A stretch of DNA of 32,000 bases from Mycobacterium tuberculosis H37Rv (GCF_000195955.2 NC_000962.3:1260001-1292000), one strand, 5' to 3'. Shown: positions 1-11,926, counted from the stretch's first letter. The notes: generated from the letters alone by a model not told the origin. Translations and numbers: made by a program.

Positions 1-1346
1 GCAACGCGGATCGCCGAGGTCTGCGGGTAGGAGCCGATCGTCGTGGTCGGCAGCGGCGGCAGGTGCAGTCGCGCGTCTTGGCTGGCGCGGCGCTGGGCGG
101 CATTGCCGCGGTGGGCTCCGGACGCGACGATCGCCTCGATGCGCGCCCGGATTTGCCCATTGTGTAACCGCGGGTCGCGCTTGCGGGACGCGATGGCGGC
201 GCGGGACGACGCGATCTCGTCGGCGACCGCGTCGTGTCCGTCGCGCAGGGCACGCGCGAGAACGACGACTTCGCGCACCTTTTCGGCACCGAACGCCAGC
301 CAGCTCCGCAACGCGTCATCCAGGTCGGTTTCCGGTTCCAGCGAGTACGGCACGTGCAGTGTCGAGCACGACGTCGAGACGGCCACGGTAGCCGCCGAAC
401 CCAGCAGGGTCGCCAACGTGCCCAACGCCGCCTCCAGGTCGGTGCGCCAGACGTTGCGCCCGTCGACGACCCCGGCCACCAGCGTCTTGCCGGCCAGCTC
501 GGGTACCCCGGCCACCGAGGTGTCGGCACCGGCCACCAGGTCGACGCCGATGGCTTCGACCGGGGTGCGAGCCAGCGCCGGTAGGGCCGCGCCCGGGTCC
601 CCGAAGTAGGTGGCGACATAGATCGCAGGCCGGTTGCTCACCGAGCACAGCGCGGTGTACACCGCTTCAGCCAGGGCGGGCGCGTCGGGGGAGAGGTCGG
701 TCACCAGCGCCGGCTCGTCGAACTGCACCCACTGGGCGCCGCCGTCGGCAAGCAGCGACAGCAGCTCCGAATAGACCGGAACCAACTCTTCGAGGCGTTC
801 GATCGGCGCCCCCGCGCCGTCGACGGCCTTGCTCAGCAGCAGGAAGGTGATCGGCCCGATGATCACCGGACGTGCGGGAATGCCTTGCCCTAACGCCTCT
901 TTGAGTTCGGCGAGCACCTTGCCGGGGTGCAGCGTGAACGTGGTCGACGGCCCGATCTCGGGTACCAGGTAGTGGTAGTTGGTGTCGAACCACTTCGTCA
1001 TCTCCAGCGGCGCGATCTGGTCGGTGCCCCGCGCCGCGGCGAAATAGCGGTCCAGCCCGTCGGAAACCGGGCTCACTCGGGGCGGCAGCGCGCCGAGCAG
1101 CACCGCGGTATCGAGCATTTGGTCGTAGTAGGAGAAGGTGTTCACCGGCACCGAGTCCAGACCGGCCGCGGCCAGGGCCGACCAGGTGTCGCGGCGTAAC
1201 GTGGCGGCGACGGCCTCCAGCTCGGATCGGCTGGTACGTCCGGCCCAGTAGCCTTCGGTGGCGCGCTTGAGTTCGCGGCGCGGGCCGATGCGCGGGGAGC
1301 CGGTGATGGTTGCGGTAAAGGGTTGACGACGTACAGGCTGGGTCAC
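1..1346 (-). CDS. metE: Cobalamin-independent methionine synthase (MetE), 5' part, truncated by the window edge
   Basis: Minus strand from GTG at 1346 reads [36 protein letters not shown]... and stays open to base 1 (..[11 protein letters not shown]). Typical MetE N-terminus; lies downstream of a B12 riboswitch. Confidence 0.95.
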   Translation of the reverse strand, partial: MTQPVRRQPFTATITGSPRIGPRRELKRATEGYWAGRTSRSELEAVAATLRRDTWSALAAAGLDSVPVNTFSYYDQMLDTAVLLGALPPRVSPVSDGLDRYFAAARGTDQIAPLEMTKWFDTNYHYLVPEIGPSTTFTLHPGKVLAELKEALGQGIPARPVIIGPITFLLLSKAVDGAGAPIERLEELVPVYSELLSLLADGGAQWVQFDEPALVTDLSPDAPALAEAVYTALCSVSNRPAIYVATYFGDPGAALPALARTPVEAIGVDLVAGADTSVAGVPELAGKTLVAGVVDGRNVWRTDLEAALGTLATLLGSAATVAVSTSCSTLHVPYSLEPETDLDDALRSWLAFGAEKVREVVVLARALRDGHDAVADEIASSRAAIASRKRDPRLHNGQIRARIEAIVASGAHRGNAAQRRASQDARLHLPPLPTTTIGSYPQTSAIRV

Positions 1347-1484
1347 GTGCTGTCCTTCGATCGACGGGTGGTTCACCGCCCGCGGACGCGCAGCCGATCC
1401 GATTGAGGTGCACACCGATGCACCCGGCAACAGGCACGGCCAAACGCCCATTCCACGAGGCGATGAGCCGCCGGGCGCGGCGCG

Positions 1485-1700
1485 TCCGGCACGGCTGGCA
1501 GGTCTTCGGACTCGCAGGCTCGCACCCGGTGGGTGCTCCTACTGGCCGTCGCTTCCCAGTCGTTGAGACCAGTGCTTGTCTACTTCCAAGACGGCGGTCG
1601 TTCCTGCATACCGCTGCGGGACAGTCCCGGATTCTCACCAGGTTCCCTCTCGCGAAGCATCGTTGCCCCGCTCGATGCCGACGCCCTTTCGGACGCCAGC
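1485..1700 (-). promoter_or_regulatory. Cobalamin (B12) riboswitch controlling metE; outer boundaries approximate
   Basis: Minus strand contains GGGAACCTGGTGAGAATCCGGGACTGTCCCGCAGCGGTATGCAGGAACGACC...CTGGGAAGCGACGGCCAGTAGG...TGCGAGTCCGAAGACCTGCCAGCC. These are the conserved B12-box and core motifs (GTGAGAATCCGGGACTGTCCCGC, GAGTCCGAAGACCTGCC), located 5' of metE. Confidence 0.95.
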
Positions 1701-1861
1701 AGACCAGCTGCGTGGTCAAGGCTACTCCGGTGACATCGGCCGGCATGGCCCGGCCGGCGGCAAAATCGCTCGGCGCCGGATGTCCTCATCGGGCCCGCCG
1801 CGATCGTCATGTGGGTGAGATTCGGGATAGGCCCGGACCATGATGGGTCAACAGGCCGCAA

Positions 1862-2158
1862 TACGCCGCACTCACCTGCACCAGAGACGTCGACTGGTCG
1901 GCCCCCGAGCAGGCCGCTGACATGGCCGCCTACCAGAAGTTCGGGCAGGAGCACGCCGCCGCGATCCGTGGCGGCGCCGTGCTGCACCCGACGGCCACCG
2001 CCACGACGGTCCGGGTAACCGGCGCCCGCGGCGGCGACGTCGTCACCGGCGACGGTCCGTACGAGGCGGCCGACCTGGACGAGCAAGGGCCATTCCCGAT
2101 GGAGACGGTCTACCTGTGGGAGGACGGCCCGAACGGTACGACGAGGATGACGCTGTAA
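1862..2158 (+). pseudogene. YCII/DGPF-domain-like small protein, apparently decayed; the ATG at 1922 gives a 78-aa ORF (Rv1134-like)
   Basis: ORF 1922..2158 (MAAYQKFGQEHAAAIRGGAVLHPTATATTVRV...TGDGPYEAADLDEQ). Upstream in-frame codons YAALTCTRDVDWSAPEQAAD resemble the family N-terminus but have no start codon before the in-frame TGA at 1841. Confidence 0.6.
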
Positions 2159-2271
2159 AACCGTGGTGAGCCTTCCCGCTTCGCGGGAATCGCCGCACCC
2201 GCCATGACGGTGGCGGTCAGGCGGGCCAACGCGAAGGATCTCGCGCGGCGCAGGCTGCTGGAATCCGGGGG

Positions 2272-4128
2272 CTAACCGTCGAAGAACCCGGACTGGTCAT
2301 TACCGGCGTTGAACCCGCCTGAGCTGTTGTCGCCGGAGTTGGCCACCCCGGAGGTGGTGGTGAAGGCGGCGTTGGTGGCCGAGTTTCCGATGCCGGTGTT
2401 GTTGAAGCCGGTGTTGAACAGGCCCGTGTTAAAGCCGGTTCCCGAGTTGCTGATGCCCACGTGCTGGCCGCCGCCGGAATTGAGCAGACCCGAGTGACCG
2501 ATGAAGAAGGCGCCGGTGTTGGTGTTCTGGAAGCCGGAGTTCGCGTCGCCGGAGTTATTGAAGCCCGAGTTGCCGGTGCCGATGTTGCCGAAGCCGGAGT
2601 TCATCACCGGTTGGTCCACCGGGCTGCCGAACCCGGTGTTCAGGTCTCCGGAGTGGAAGCCGCCAGTGTTGATATCGCCCGAGTTGGCCCAGCCGGTATT
2701 GAAGTCGCCCGAGTTCAAGTCTCCGGTATTCAAGGTGCCCGAGTTGAAGCTGCCCGTGTTGTAGGCACCCGAGTTGCCGACACCCATGTTCTCAAATCCC
2801 GAGTTGCCGAACCCGAAGTTGTTGTTGCCTGCGTTCCCGAAACCGAAGTTGCCGCTGCCCGCGTTCCCGAAGCCGGTGTTGGTGAAGCCCGCGTTCCCGA
2901 AACCGGTGTTGGTGTCACCGGAGTTGAAGAAGCCGAAGTTGCTGTCGCCGGAGTTGAAGAAGCCGATGTTGTTGTTGCCGGAGTTGAACAAGCCGATGTT
3001 GTTGTTCCCGGAGTTGCCGAAGCCGAGGTTGCCGATGCCGGAGTTCAGTGCGCCGATGCCGATCATGTTGTCGCCGGTGAGCCCGATACCGATGTTGTTG
3101 TTGCCGAGATTCGCAATGCCCAGGTTGTTGTTGCCGAGATTCGCAATGCCCAGGTTGTTGTTGCCGAGATTCGCAAAGCCCACGTTGGGAGAGCCGTGAT
3201 TTGCGCTGCCCACGTTGAAGGAACCGGCGTTGGCGGTGCCGAAGTTGAAGCTGCCGACGTTCCCGCTGCCCCGGTTGCCATCGCCGATATTCCCCAGGCC
3301 GAAGTTACCGTTGCCGTCGTTGCCGCTGCCCAGGTTGAGGTTGCCGAGGTTCCCGCTACCGAAGTTGGTGTTGGCGGTGTTGCCGCTGCCAAAGTTGAAG
3401 AAACCGGTATTGCCGCTGCCCAGGTTGGCCTGGCCCGTGTTTCCGCTGCCTAGGTTTGCGTTGCCGGTATTGCCGTTGCCTAGGTTGTAGTCGCCGATGT
3501 TGCCGATGCTGAAGATGTTGCCGATGCCGGTGTTGCCGATACCCAATGCCGGGATGGCCAGGGCAGCGGGGCCGGAGGCCAGTGCGGGCGCCGTCGGGTT
3601 GGGCAGGGCGCGCACCGCCTGTGCCCACGGGGCCAGCTGGGCGGCCACCGCCGAGGCCCCGCTGTGGTAGCTCACCATGGCCGCGACATCGGCGGCCCAC
3701 AATTGTTCGTAGGCTGCCTCGGTCGCCGCGATCGCCGGGGCGTTTTGGCCGAACAGGTTTGATAGCACCAGCGACACCAGCTGGTGGCGGTTGGCGGCGA
3801 CCAGCAGTGGATCCACGGTGGCCGCCCGCGCGGCTTCATACACCGCCGCGGCCGCCTTGGCCTGTGCGGCCGCGCTTAGCGCGCGTGTTGCTGCCGTGCT
3901 TAGCCAGCTGGCATAGGGGGCTGCCGCGGCGGCCATCGCCGTCGCCGCCGGACCTTGCCAGGCGGTGTCGGCCAGCGCTGCGGTGGCCGACGAAAACGAG
4001 TTCGCCGCTTGGCCTAACTCGGCGGCCAGCCCGTCCCAGGCCGCCGCGGCGGCCAGCGTCGGGCCTGAGCCCGCACCGGCAAACATCAACGCGGAATTGA
4101 CCTCGGGAGGCAACACCAGAAAACTCAT
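2272..4128 (-). CDS. PPE16: PPE family protein, MPTR subfamily, 618 aa (PPE16)
   Basis: [24 protein letters not shown]-terminus followed by many NxGxGNxG/NNNxG pentapeptide-type repeats. Start chosen at MSFLVLPPE inside the 636-aa track ORF. Confidence 0.95.
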   Translation of the reverse strand: MSFLVLPPEVNSALMFAGAGSGPTLAAAAAWDGLAAELGQAANSFSSATAALADTAWQGPAATAMAAAAAPYASWLSTAATRALSAAAQAKAAAAVYEAARAATVDPLLVAANRHQLVSLVLSNLFGQNAPAIAATEAAYEQLWAADVAAMVSYHSGASAVAAQLAPWAQAVRALPNPTAPALASGPAALAIPALGIGNTGIGNIFSIGNIGDYNLGNGNTGNANLGSGNTGQANLGSGNTGFFNFGSGNTANTNFGSGNLGNLNLGSGNDGNGNFGLGNIGDGNRGSGNVGSFNFGTANAGSFNVGSANHGSPNVGFANLGNNNLGIANLGNNNLGIANLGNNNIGIGLTGDNMIGIGALNSGIGNLGFGNSGNNNIGLFNSGNNNIGFFNSGDSNFGFFNSGDTNTGFGNAGFTNTGFGNAGSGNFGFGNAGNNNFGFGNSGFENMGVGNSGAYNTGSFNSGTLNTGDLNSGDFNTGWANSGDINTGGFHSGDLNTGFGSPVDQPVMNSGFGNIGTGNSGFNNSGDANSGFQNTNTGAFFIGHSGLLNSGGGQHVGISNSGTGFNTGLFNTGFNNTGIGNSATNAAFTTTSGVANSGDNSSGGFNAGNDQSGFFDG

Positions 4129-4313
4129 CACGCCATCCCTTCCGCAGCTGGACGTGCCCGGGCCATCCCCTCCCGTGACCACAAACCTCCGCTGGCTGAA
4201 TACGCACAGCCCGATCCTCCCGGCGCGAAGCAGCGCCGCGGTCCCGCCTGCTTGACCCCAGATTCCATGGCGCGCCTCCCACCACCAACACTGGGCCGAT
4301 CGCTCGACACCTC

Positions 4314-4556
4314 ATGCAGCTTGGCAATCAAAACACTATGAGATTCGCAGGGCGGCCTCAGCGTTTTCGCCAAAGCGCTTACCCCCTGTTCAACCCCAAC
4401 AGCGCGATCGCGCTTGGCCACCCATTCGGCGGCTCGGGGGCACGGTTGATGACTACAGTGCTACACCACATGCCGGACAAGGGAATTCGCTACGGCTTAC
4501 AGACGATGTGCGAGGGCCGCGGCCAAGCCAATGCCACCATTGTGGAGTTGCTGTGA
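4314..4556 (+). pseudogene. Acetyl-CoA acetyltransferase (thiolase) C-terminal remnant, 80 aa (Rv1135A-like)
   Basis: NPNSAIALGHPFGGSGARLMTTVLHHMPDKGIRYGLQTMCEGRGQANATIVELL matches the thiolase C-terminal motifs (NxxGGAIALGHPxGxSGAR, YGLxTxCxGxGQGxAxxxE). The N-terminal ~300 aa are absent. Confidence 0.85.
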
Positions 4557-5310
4557 CAGCGACCGATAGCCAGCCGGCGGCGTTGTCGAGTACCGCGACA
4601 ATGTCATGGTCATTACGATCAATCGGCCGGAAGCCCGCAATGCGGTCAATGGTGCCGTCAGCATCGTGGTTGGAGACGCGCTGGAAGAAGCGCACGACAA
4701 CCCCGATGTGCGGGCCGTGGTGATCACCGGCGCCGGCGACAAGTCGCTTTGCGCCGGTGCCGACCTCAAGGCGATCGCACGCCGGGAGAACCCGTACCAC
4801 CCGCATCACGGCGAGTGGGGCATCGCCGGTTACAGGCACCATTTCATCGACAAGCCGACCAGCGCCGCGGTCAGTGGCACGGCCTTGGACGACGGTGCCG
4901 AGCCAGCGCTGGCCAGCGACCTGGTGGTGGCCGACGAGCACACCTAATTCGGGTTTGCCGGAGGTCAAACGCGGGCTGATCGCCGCCGCCGGGGGTGTAC
5001 CGGTGAGCCGCTGACCGCATCCGACGACTGGGAGTGGGGCCTGATCAACCGGGTCGTCAAGGAGGGTTCGGTCGTCGAGGCCGCCCTCACCTGGCCGTGC
5101 GGGTGACCGTCAACGCGTCGCTGTCGGTGCAGGCCAGCAAGCGGATCGCCTGTGGTGTCGATGACGGGGTCGTCGTCGACGAAGGGACTCCGCACCCAGC
5201 GCGAGATGGGTTCCCTGATGAGATCGCAGGACCTCGGGCGTTCGCCGAGAAACAGGAACCGGTGTGGCGGGCCCGCTGCATCGTCTCGGCGCCTTGGATG
5301 GGCTTGGCGG
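4553..5310 (+). pseudogene. Enoyl-CoA hydratase (crotonase) pseudogene; longest intact piece is 4606..4947 (113 aa, Rv1136-like)
   Basis: Crotonase segments occur in successive frames: VVEYRDNVMVITINRPEARNAVN...CAGADLKAI (4582-4947), NSGLPEVKRGLIAAAGG (to ~5000), DWEWGLINRVVKEGSV (~5030), SVQASKRIACGVDDG, REMGSLMRS (~5200) and GPRAFAEKQEPVWRAR (~5240-5285). Confidence 0.85.
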
Positions 5311-5471
5311 GCGTACCGTCAGCCAGCACTGTCGCATTGCCAACGTTTGTGGGACTTATCCCGATGCCGGGGCGCAGTGTCGCGCTGAGGTGGGCACAAC
5401 GAGCATCCTTCCCGGGAGAACCAATGTGGCGGATGTGACAACGCGCCGACAACACCAGATCCTGGGCTGTC

Positions 5472-6488
5472 TCAGTACGCCAGGATGTTCACCCCGTACC
5501 GGAATGCCGTGGGCAGAAGTGCGCACAGCGGCACGATGGCACGGCGTGCCGCGCGTGGCGTACTGGCCAGCACCAACCCGCGGGTGACTAGCCGGTAATC
5601 ACGAGTGATCCGGTGCCACGCGGCCTCATACGACGCCGGTGTGTCGTCGACGATGGCGCTCACCGCCGCGGCGGCCTGCTTGACGGCAAGGCTGATGCCT
5701 TCGCCGGTTAGGGCATCTTCGTACCCGGCCGCGTCACCGACCAAAAGCACCCGCCCCGCGACGCGCCGGGAGACCACCTGGCGCAAGGGACCGCAGCCAC
5801 GTGCGTGTCCGCGGCTCGCGTCTTGCAGATGGTGTGCAAGGCTGGGAAACCAGGCAAGTTCGGGTCGTTGGCGGGACAAGATCGCGACGCCGACCAGATC
5901 CGGTTCCACCGGAGTCACATAAGCCTCACCCCAACGGGACCAATGCACTTCGACGAAGTCCGACCACACCGGCAGCCGGTAATGCCAGCGCACCCCGTAT
6001 CGCCGTGGTGTCCCGGCGGTGGCTTTGATCCCGACGGCGCGCCGGACGGCCGAATGCAGTCCATCGGCTGCCACCAACCATTTCGCGCGAACGCCGGCGG
6101 CGGTCACACCATGTGCGTCTTGCTGAATAGTGGCTACCCGCGACCGGATCCATTCAGTGTCTTGCTCTTTGGCTCGTGCCGCCAGTGCCGCATGCAGCGT
6201 GGTGCGTCGCACGCCCCGCCCCGGCCCGGTGCGAAACCGCGCCTGCACCCGACGATGTTCACCAACGTAGGCAATCCCATGAAAGGGCAGACCGACCGGG
6301 TCCACGCCTAGCGAGGTCAATTCGGCCAGGCCACCGGGCATCAGCCCCTCGCCGCACGCCTTGTCGATGGGATTCTCGCGAGGCTCGGCCACGATCACCG
6401 AAAGTCCACGCGCGCGTGCGTGCAATGCCGTGGCGAGTCCGCCGGGGCCGCCGCCGACGACCAACAGGTCGGTGTCGTAGCTGGTCAT
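5472..6488 (-). CDS. FAD-dependent oxidoreductase, geranylgeranyl reductase/aromatic hydroxylase-like, 338 aa
   Basis: MTSYDTDLLVVGGGPGGLATALHARARG dinucleotide-binding motif, DGLHSAVRR, and GRVLLVGDAAGYEDALTGEGI motifs. Confidence 0.9.
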   Translation of the reverse strand: MTSYDTDLLVVGGGPGGLATALHARARGLSVIVAEPRENPIDKACGEGLMPGGLAELTSLGVDPVGLPFHGIAYVGEHRRVQARFRTGPGRGVRRTTLHAALAARAKEQDTEWIRSRVATIQQDAHGVTAAGVRAKWLVAADGLHSAVRRAVGIKATAGTPRRYGVRWHYRLPVWSDFVEVHWSRWGEAYVTPVEPDLVGVAILSRQRPELAWFPSLAHHLQDASRGHARGCGPLRQVVSRRVAGRVLLVGDAAGYEDALTGEGISLAVKQAAAAVSAIVDDTPASYEAAWHRITRDYRLVTRGLVLASTPRAARRAIVPLCALLPTAFRYGVNILAY

Positions 6489-6985
6489 ATGTAGCCCAGA
6501 ACGGAGTTCTCCACCCGCAGACGAACGGTCAGCAAGGTCGCATTGGCCAGGGTGAAAACCAGTGCGGTCAACCACGCCGTGTGCACCAGTGGCAACGCGA
6601 ACCCTTCGGCCACCACCGCAACATAATTCGGATGCCGCATCCACCGGTAGGGGCCCCGCCGCACCAACGTGGCGTGCGGCAACACGATTACCCGGGTGTT
6701 CCACCGCTTGCCCAGCGATTTGACGCACCACCAGCGCAGGCCCTGGCTTGCCACCACTACGGCCAGCATCGGCCAGCCGAGCCACGGTATGAAAGGCCGG
6801 TGCAAGGCCCACGGTTCGACGACGCAGCCCAGCAGTAGGGCGGTGTGCAGGATAACCATCACCACATAGTGTGGGCGGCCAAACTCTTTGCCGCCCTGCG
6901 CGAAAGACCACCGCGCGTTACGCTGGGCCACCACCAGCTCCGCCAGCCGTTCGAAGACGACCGCCAGGATCAGCAGGTAGTACAC
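6485..6985 (-). CDS. Isoprenylcysteine carboxyl methyltransferase (ICMT)-family integral membrane protein, 166 aa
   Basis: Hydrophobic helices plus GPYRWMRHPNYVAVVAEGFALPL (ICMT-like signature). 4-bp ATGA-type overlap with the downstream oxidoreductase. Confidence 0.85.
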   Translation of the reverse strand: MYYLLILAVVFERLAELVVAQRNARWSFAQGGKEFGRPHYVVMVILHTALLLGCVVEPWALHRPFIPWLGWPMLAVVVASQGLRWWCVKSLGKRWNTRVIVLPHATLVRRGPYRWMRHPNYVAVVAEGFALPLVHTAWLTALVFTLANATLLTVRLRVENSVLGYI

Positions 6986-7172
6986 GGCCCTACCACCTAA
7001 GAAGCACCGACTCGGAGGAAAAACCCGGGCCTATGCACACTATCCTGGCGGGACCGGCGATGCAGCCCAGCCCGAACGGTGGAATAGCTCCCCCTGCGAT
7101 CGACTCCATATTGTCAGCCACGTTACTGGCGCCGGATGGGTTCAGATTCTGGCGAGTGGGACCGCCATTGCC

Positions 7173-7263
7173 GGGCCGTTCCACGGCCCGTATCGTCGCC
7201 GCGCTGTGCTGGATTGCGCGGCTTCTCCTCGGGCCGTTCCACGGCCCGTATCGTCGCCGCGCT
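7173..7263. repeat. Two copies (58-bp period) of a short dyad-containing repeat unit
   Basis: GGGCCGTTCCACGGCCCGTATCGTCGCCGCGCT is identical at 7173-7205 and 7231-7263. Confidence 0.85.
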
Positions 7264-7346
7264 AGGTTGGACGCTGTGCGGATCGTGGTGAGCAGTGCCA
7301 CCAGAAATGCGGGTTCGTACACCTGTGTCAGCACCGGCAGCGCTGG

Positions 7347-8195
7347 ATGCCGCGAGATTACACCGCCCCTCGCTGGGCCCACGCCTGGGCCGGTGAACCC
7401 CGGCCCGCCCGCTGGCACCCTGCGAACCAGCCTGCACATCCTGACCACTCCAACCGCGAAAGTCCGGCCTGCATGAGCCAATCCACCACTCCATACCGCA
7501 GCAGCGTGCTTGCCGAGTTTCGTCGTGCGATCACCAATGTCGCTGTGCCCCATCATGAACCGCCGGGAATCGTGCGCCGCCGCCGTGTGGTCGTCGGCGT
7601 CACGTTGGTTATCGGCGCTGTGATGCTGGGCTTTTCGCTGAGGCGGACGCCCGGCGAGTCGAGCTTTTACTGGCTGACGCTCGCGCTGGCAGCCGTGTGG
7701 ATCGCCGGCGCACTGATGTCTGGACCGCTGCATCTGGGTGGCATCTGTTGGCGCGGTCGCAATCAGCGTCCGGTCATCACCGGGACCACTGTCGGGCTGC
7801 TGCTAGCAGGCATCTTCGGGGTGGGTGCAATGATCGTCAGGGCAATTCCTGGCGCAGCTGAACCGATAGCCCGCGTCCTGCAATTCGCCCATCAGGGAAC
7901 TCTGCTGCCGATCCTGCTGATCACCTTGATTAACGGCATCGCCGAGGAGATGTTCTTTCGCGGTGCGCTCTACACCGCGCTGGGACGACGCTATCCGGTG
8001 ACCATCTCAACCGTCCTGTACGTCGGCGCCACCATGGCCAGCGCGAATCTGATGCTCGGCTTCGCAGCGATCTTCGTCGGTACGGTGTGTGCGTTGGAGC
8101 GCCGGGCCAGCGGTGGAGTGCTGGCACCGATCTTGACCCACTTCGTGTGGGGCCTGATCATGGTGTTCGCGCTGCCCCCGCTGTTCGCGGTCTGA
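7347..8195 (+). CDS. CPBP-family intramembrane metalloprotease (CAAX protease-like); start ambiguous, alternative ATG at 7473
   Basis: ORF 282 aa. NGIAEEMFFRGALY and THFVWGLIMV are CPBP/Abi EExxxR and HxxxN/H-type motifs; several hydrophobic helices. Sequence before MSQSTTPYRSS (7473) looks non-coding. Confidence 0.8.
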   Translation: MPRDYTAPRWAHAWAGEPRPARWHPANQPAHPDHSNRESPACMSQSTTPYRSSVLAEFRRAITNVAVPHHEPPGIVRRRRVVVGVTLVIGAVMLGFSLRRTPGESSFYWLTLALAAVWIAGALMSGPLHLGGICWRGRNQRPVITGTTVGLLLAGIFGVGAMIVRAIPGAAEPIARVLQFAHQGTLLPILLITLINGIAEEMFFRGALYTALGRRYPVTISTVLYVGATMASANLMLGFAAIFVGTVCALERRASGGVLAPILTHFVWGLIMVFALPPLFAV

Positions 8196-8202
8196 CGCGC
8201 GT

Positions 8203-9009
8203 TCAGGAACCGGTGAAGTTGGGGGTGCGGCGTTGCAGGAACGCCGCTGCGCCCTCGGCGAAGTCGTGTGTTCGCAGCAGGACTTCCTGTCCATCCAATT
8301 CGCGCGCGAACGTGGGTTCCAATTCGGTGAGGGCGGCTGCATTGATGGCGTTTTTGGCCTGGGCGAACGCCAGCGCCGGGCCGGCCAGCAACCGTGAAAT
8401 CACCTTGTCCACCTCGGCCTCGAAGTCGCTGTCCGGATATACCGCGCTGATCAGGCCCCAGGCCAGTGCCTCGCGGGCCGGCAGTTGCTCGGCCAGCAGC
8501 GCCAGCCGCATCGCCCGGATCCGGCCGGTGGCCGCGGCGACTAACGCCGATGCGCCGCCGTCGGGCATCAACGCTACCTTGGTGTTGGCGAGCATGAAAA
8601 ATGCACTATCAGAAGCCAATATGAAGTCACACGCCAGCGCTAGCGAGACAGCGACGCCGACCGCTGGTCCTTGAACGACAGCTACAACCGGGTGCGGTAG
8701 CGCGGCCACGGCGCGTACTGCGCGGTTGGCCTCTTCGACGATGGCGGTCGGCGGCCCTCCGCCCCACACATCGTCCACAGACATAGACACTCCGGAGCTG
8801 AAACCGCGGCCCACCCCGCCTAGGCGCACCACCTTGACCACGGGATCGGCCGCCGCGCGCTCCAGCGTGTCGGCGATCCCCGTCAGGATTGGCACGGTCA
8901 GCGAGTTGAGACTGCTAGGGCGGTTGATGCGCACCGACAACACTCTGTCGGTCAGGGTGACGTTGAGGCCTGTGACCGGCGTTAATGCGGCAATCCCGGA
9001 ATCTGGCAT
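8203..9009 (-). CDS. echA11: Enoyl-CoA hydratase/isomerase family protein, 268 aa
   Basis: MPDSGIAALTPVTGLNVTLTDRVLSVRINRPSSLNSL...GVGRGFSSG...VVAVVQGPAVGVAVSLALACD: crotonase fold motifs. Confidence 0.9.
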   Translation of the reverse strand: MPDSGIAALTPVTGLNVTLTDRVLSVRINRPSSLNSLTVPILTGIADTLERAAADPVVKVVRLGGVGRGFSSGVSMSVDDVWGGGPPTAIVEEANRAVRAVAALPHPVVAVVQGPAVGVAVSLALACDFILASDSAFFMLANTKVALMPDGGASALVAAATGRIRAMRLALLAEQLPAREALAWGLISAVYPDSDFEAEVDKVISRLLAGPALAFAQAKNAINAAALTELEPTFARELDGQEVLLRTHDFAEGAAAFLQRRTPNFTGS

Positions 9010-9151
9010 GTGCAGCATCCTAAATGAGGGCCAGCTACACAGAGTGGTTAATGATGCTCCGCAAACATGCCCAACCAGCAGTTGGAGTAATCGGTGAGTA
9101 CACGGGCATCGACGCGGCCCAGTCGCGGGACCGCTAGCGGGCCGAGAGCGC

Positions 9152-11144
<1,993 letters not shown>

Positions 11145-11155
11145 GAAGGATTCGT

Positions 11156-11908
11156 ATGAAGACCAAAGACGCCGTAGCCGTTGTCACCGGTGGCGCCTCA
11201 GGCCTGGGTCTGGCCACCACCAAGCGGCTATTGGACGCTGGGGCACAGGTGGTCGTCGTGGACCTCCGCGGCGACGACGTGGTTGGCGGGCTCGGCGATC
11301 GCGCGCGTTTTGCGCAAGCCGACGTCACCGACGAAGCCGCCGTCAGCAACGCGCTAGAGCTGGCGGATTCGCTCGGCCCGGTGCGGGTCGTCGTCAACTG
11401 CGCCGGCACCGGCAACGCGATTCGCGTACTGAGTCGCGACGGCGTGTTCCCGCTGGCCGCGTTCCGCAAGATCGTGGACATCAACCTAGTCGGCACCTTC
11501 AACGTGCTGCGACTGGGCGCCGAGCGGATCGCCAAGACCGAACCGATTGGGGAAGAGCGCGGCGTCATCATTAACACCGCCTCGGTGGCGGCATTCGACG
11601 GTCAGATCGGCCAGGCCGCCTACTCGGCGTCCAAGGGCGGCGTAGTTGGCATGACCCTGCCGATCGCCCGCGATCTGGCCAGCAAGCTGATCCGGGTGGT
11701 CACCATTGCGCCGGGTCTGTTCGACACCCCGCTGCTGGCTTCATTGCCGGCGGAGGCCAAGGCCTCACTGGGCCAACAGGTGCCGCATCCCTCGCGGCTG
11801 GGCAACCCCGACGAGTACGGGGCGCTAGTTCTGCACATCATCGAAAACCCGATGCTTAACGGCGAGGTCATCCGTCTGGACGGCGCCATCCGCATGGCGC
11901 CGCGCTAA
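11156..11908 (+). CDS. Short-chain dehydrogenase/reductase, 3-hydroxyacyl-CoA dehydrogenase type 2-like, 250 aa
   Basis: [26 protein letters not shown], and the catalytic YSASKGG motif. Starts 11 bp after mcr. Confidence 0.93.
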   Translation: MKTKDAVAVVTGGASGLGLATTKRLLDAGAQVVVVDLRGDDVVGGLGDRARFAQADVTDEAAVSNALELADSLGPVRVVVNCAGTGNAIRVLSRDGVFPLAAFRKIVDINLVGTFNVLRLGAERIAKTEPIGEERGVIINTASVAAFDGQIGQAAYSASKGGVVGMTLPIARDLASKLIRVVTIAPGLFDTPLLASLPAEAKASLGQQVPHPSRLGNPDEYGALVLHIIENPMLNGEVIRLDGAIRMAPR

Positions 11909-11926
11909 GCCGCACCAAAAGAAAGA

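Noticed and set aside
43-609. 188-aa plus-strand ORF at the left edge
   Set aside because: Antisense to intact metE coding sequence; low-complexity Ala/Ser/Arg composition.
667-1746. 359-aa minus-strand ORF spanning the metE 5' end and the riboswitch
   Set aside because: Arginine/glycine-rich shadow frame of metE; it overlaps the real metE frame (start 1346) and the riboswitch, with no recognisable domain.
2461-3453. 330-aa plus-strand ORF opposite PPE16
   Set aside because: Highly repetitive antisense shadow of the MPTR repeats (E/V/A-rich pattern forced by the repeat codons). The PPE frame is unequivocal.
2272-3490. Possible CRISPR or satellite array from regular spacing of GTTGTTGCCGA-like words
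   Set aside because: Period is in multiples of 15 nt and the frame is preserved; this is the coding MPTR repeat of PPE16.
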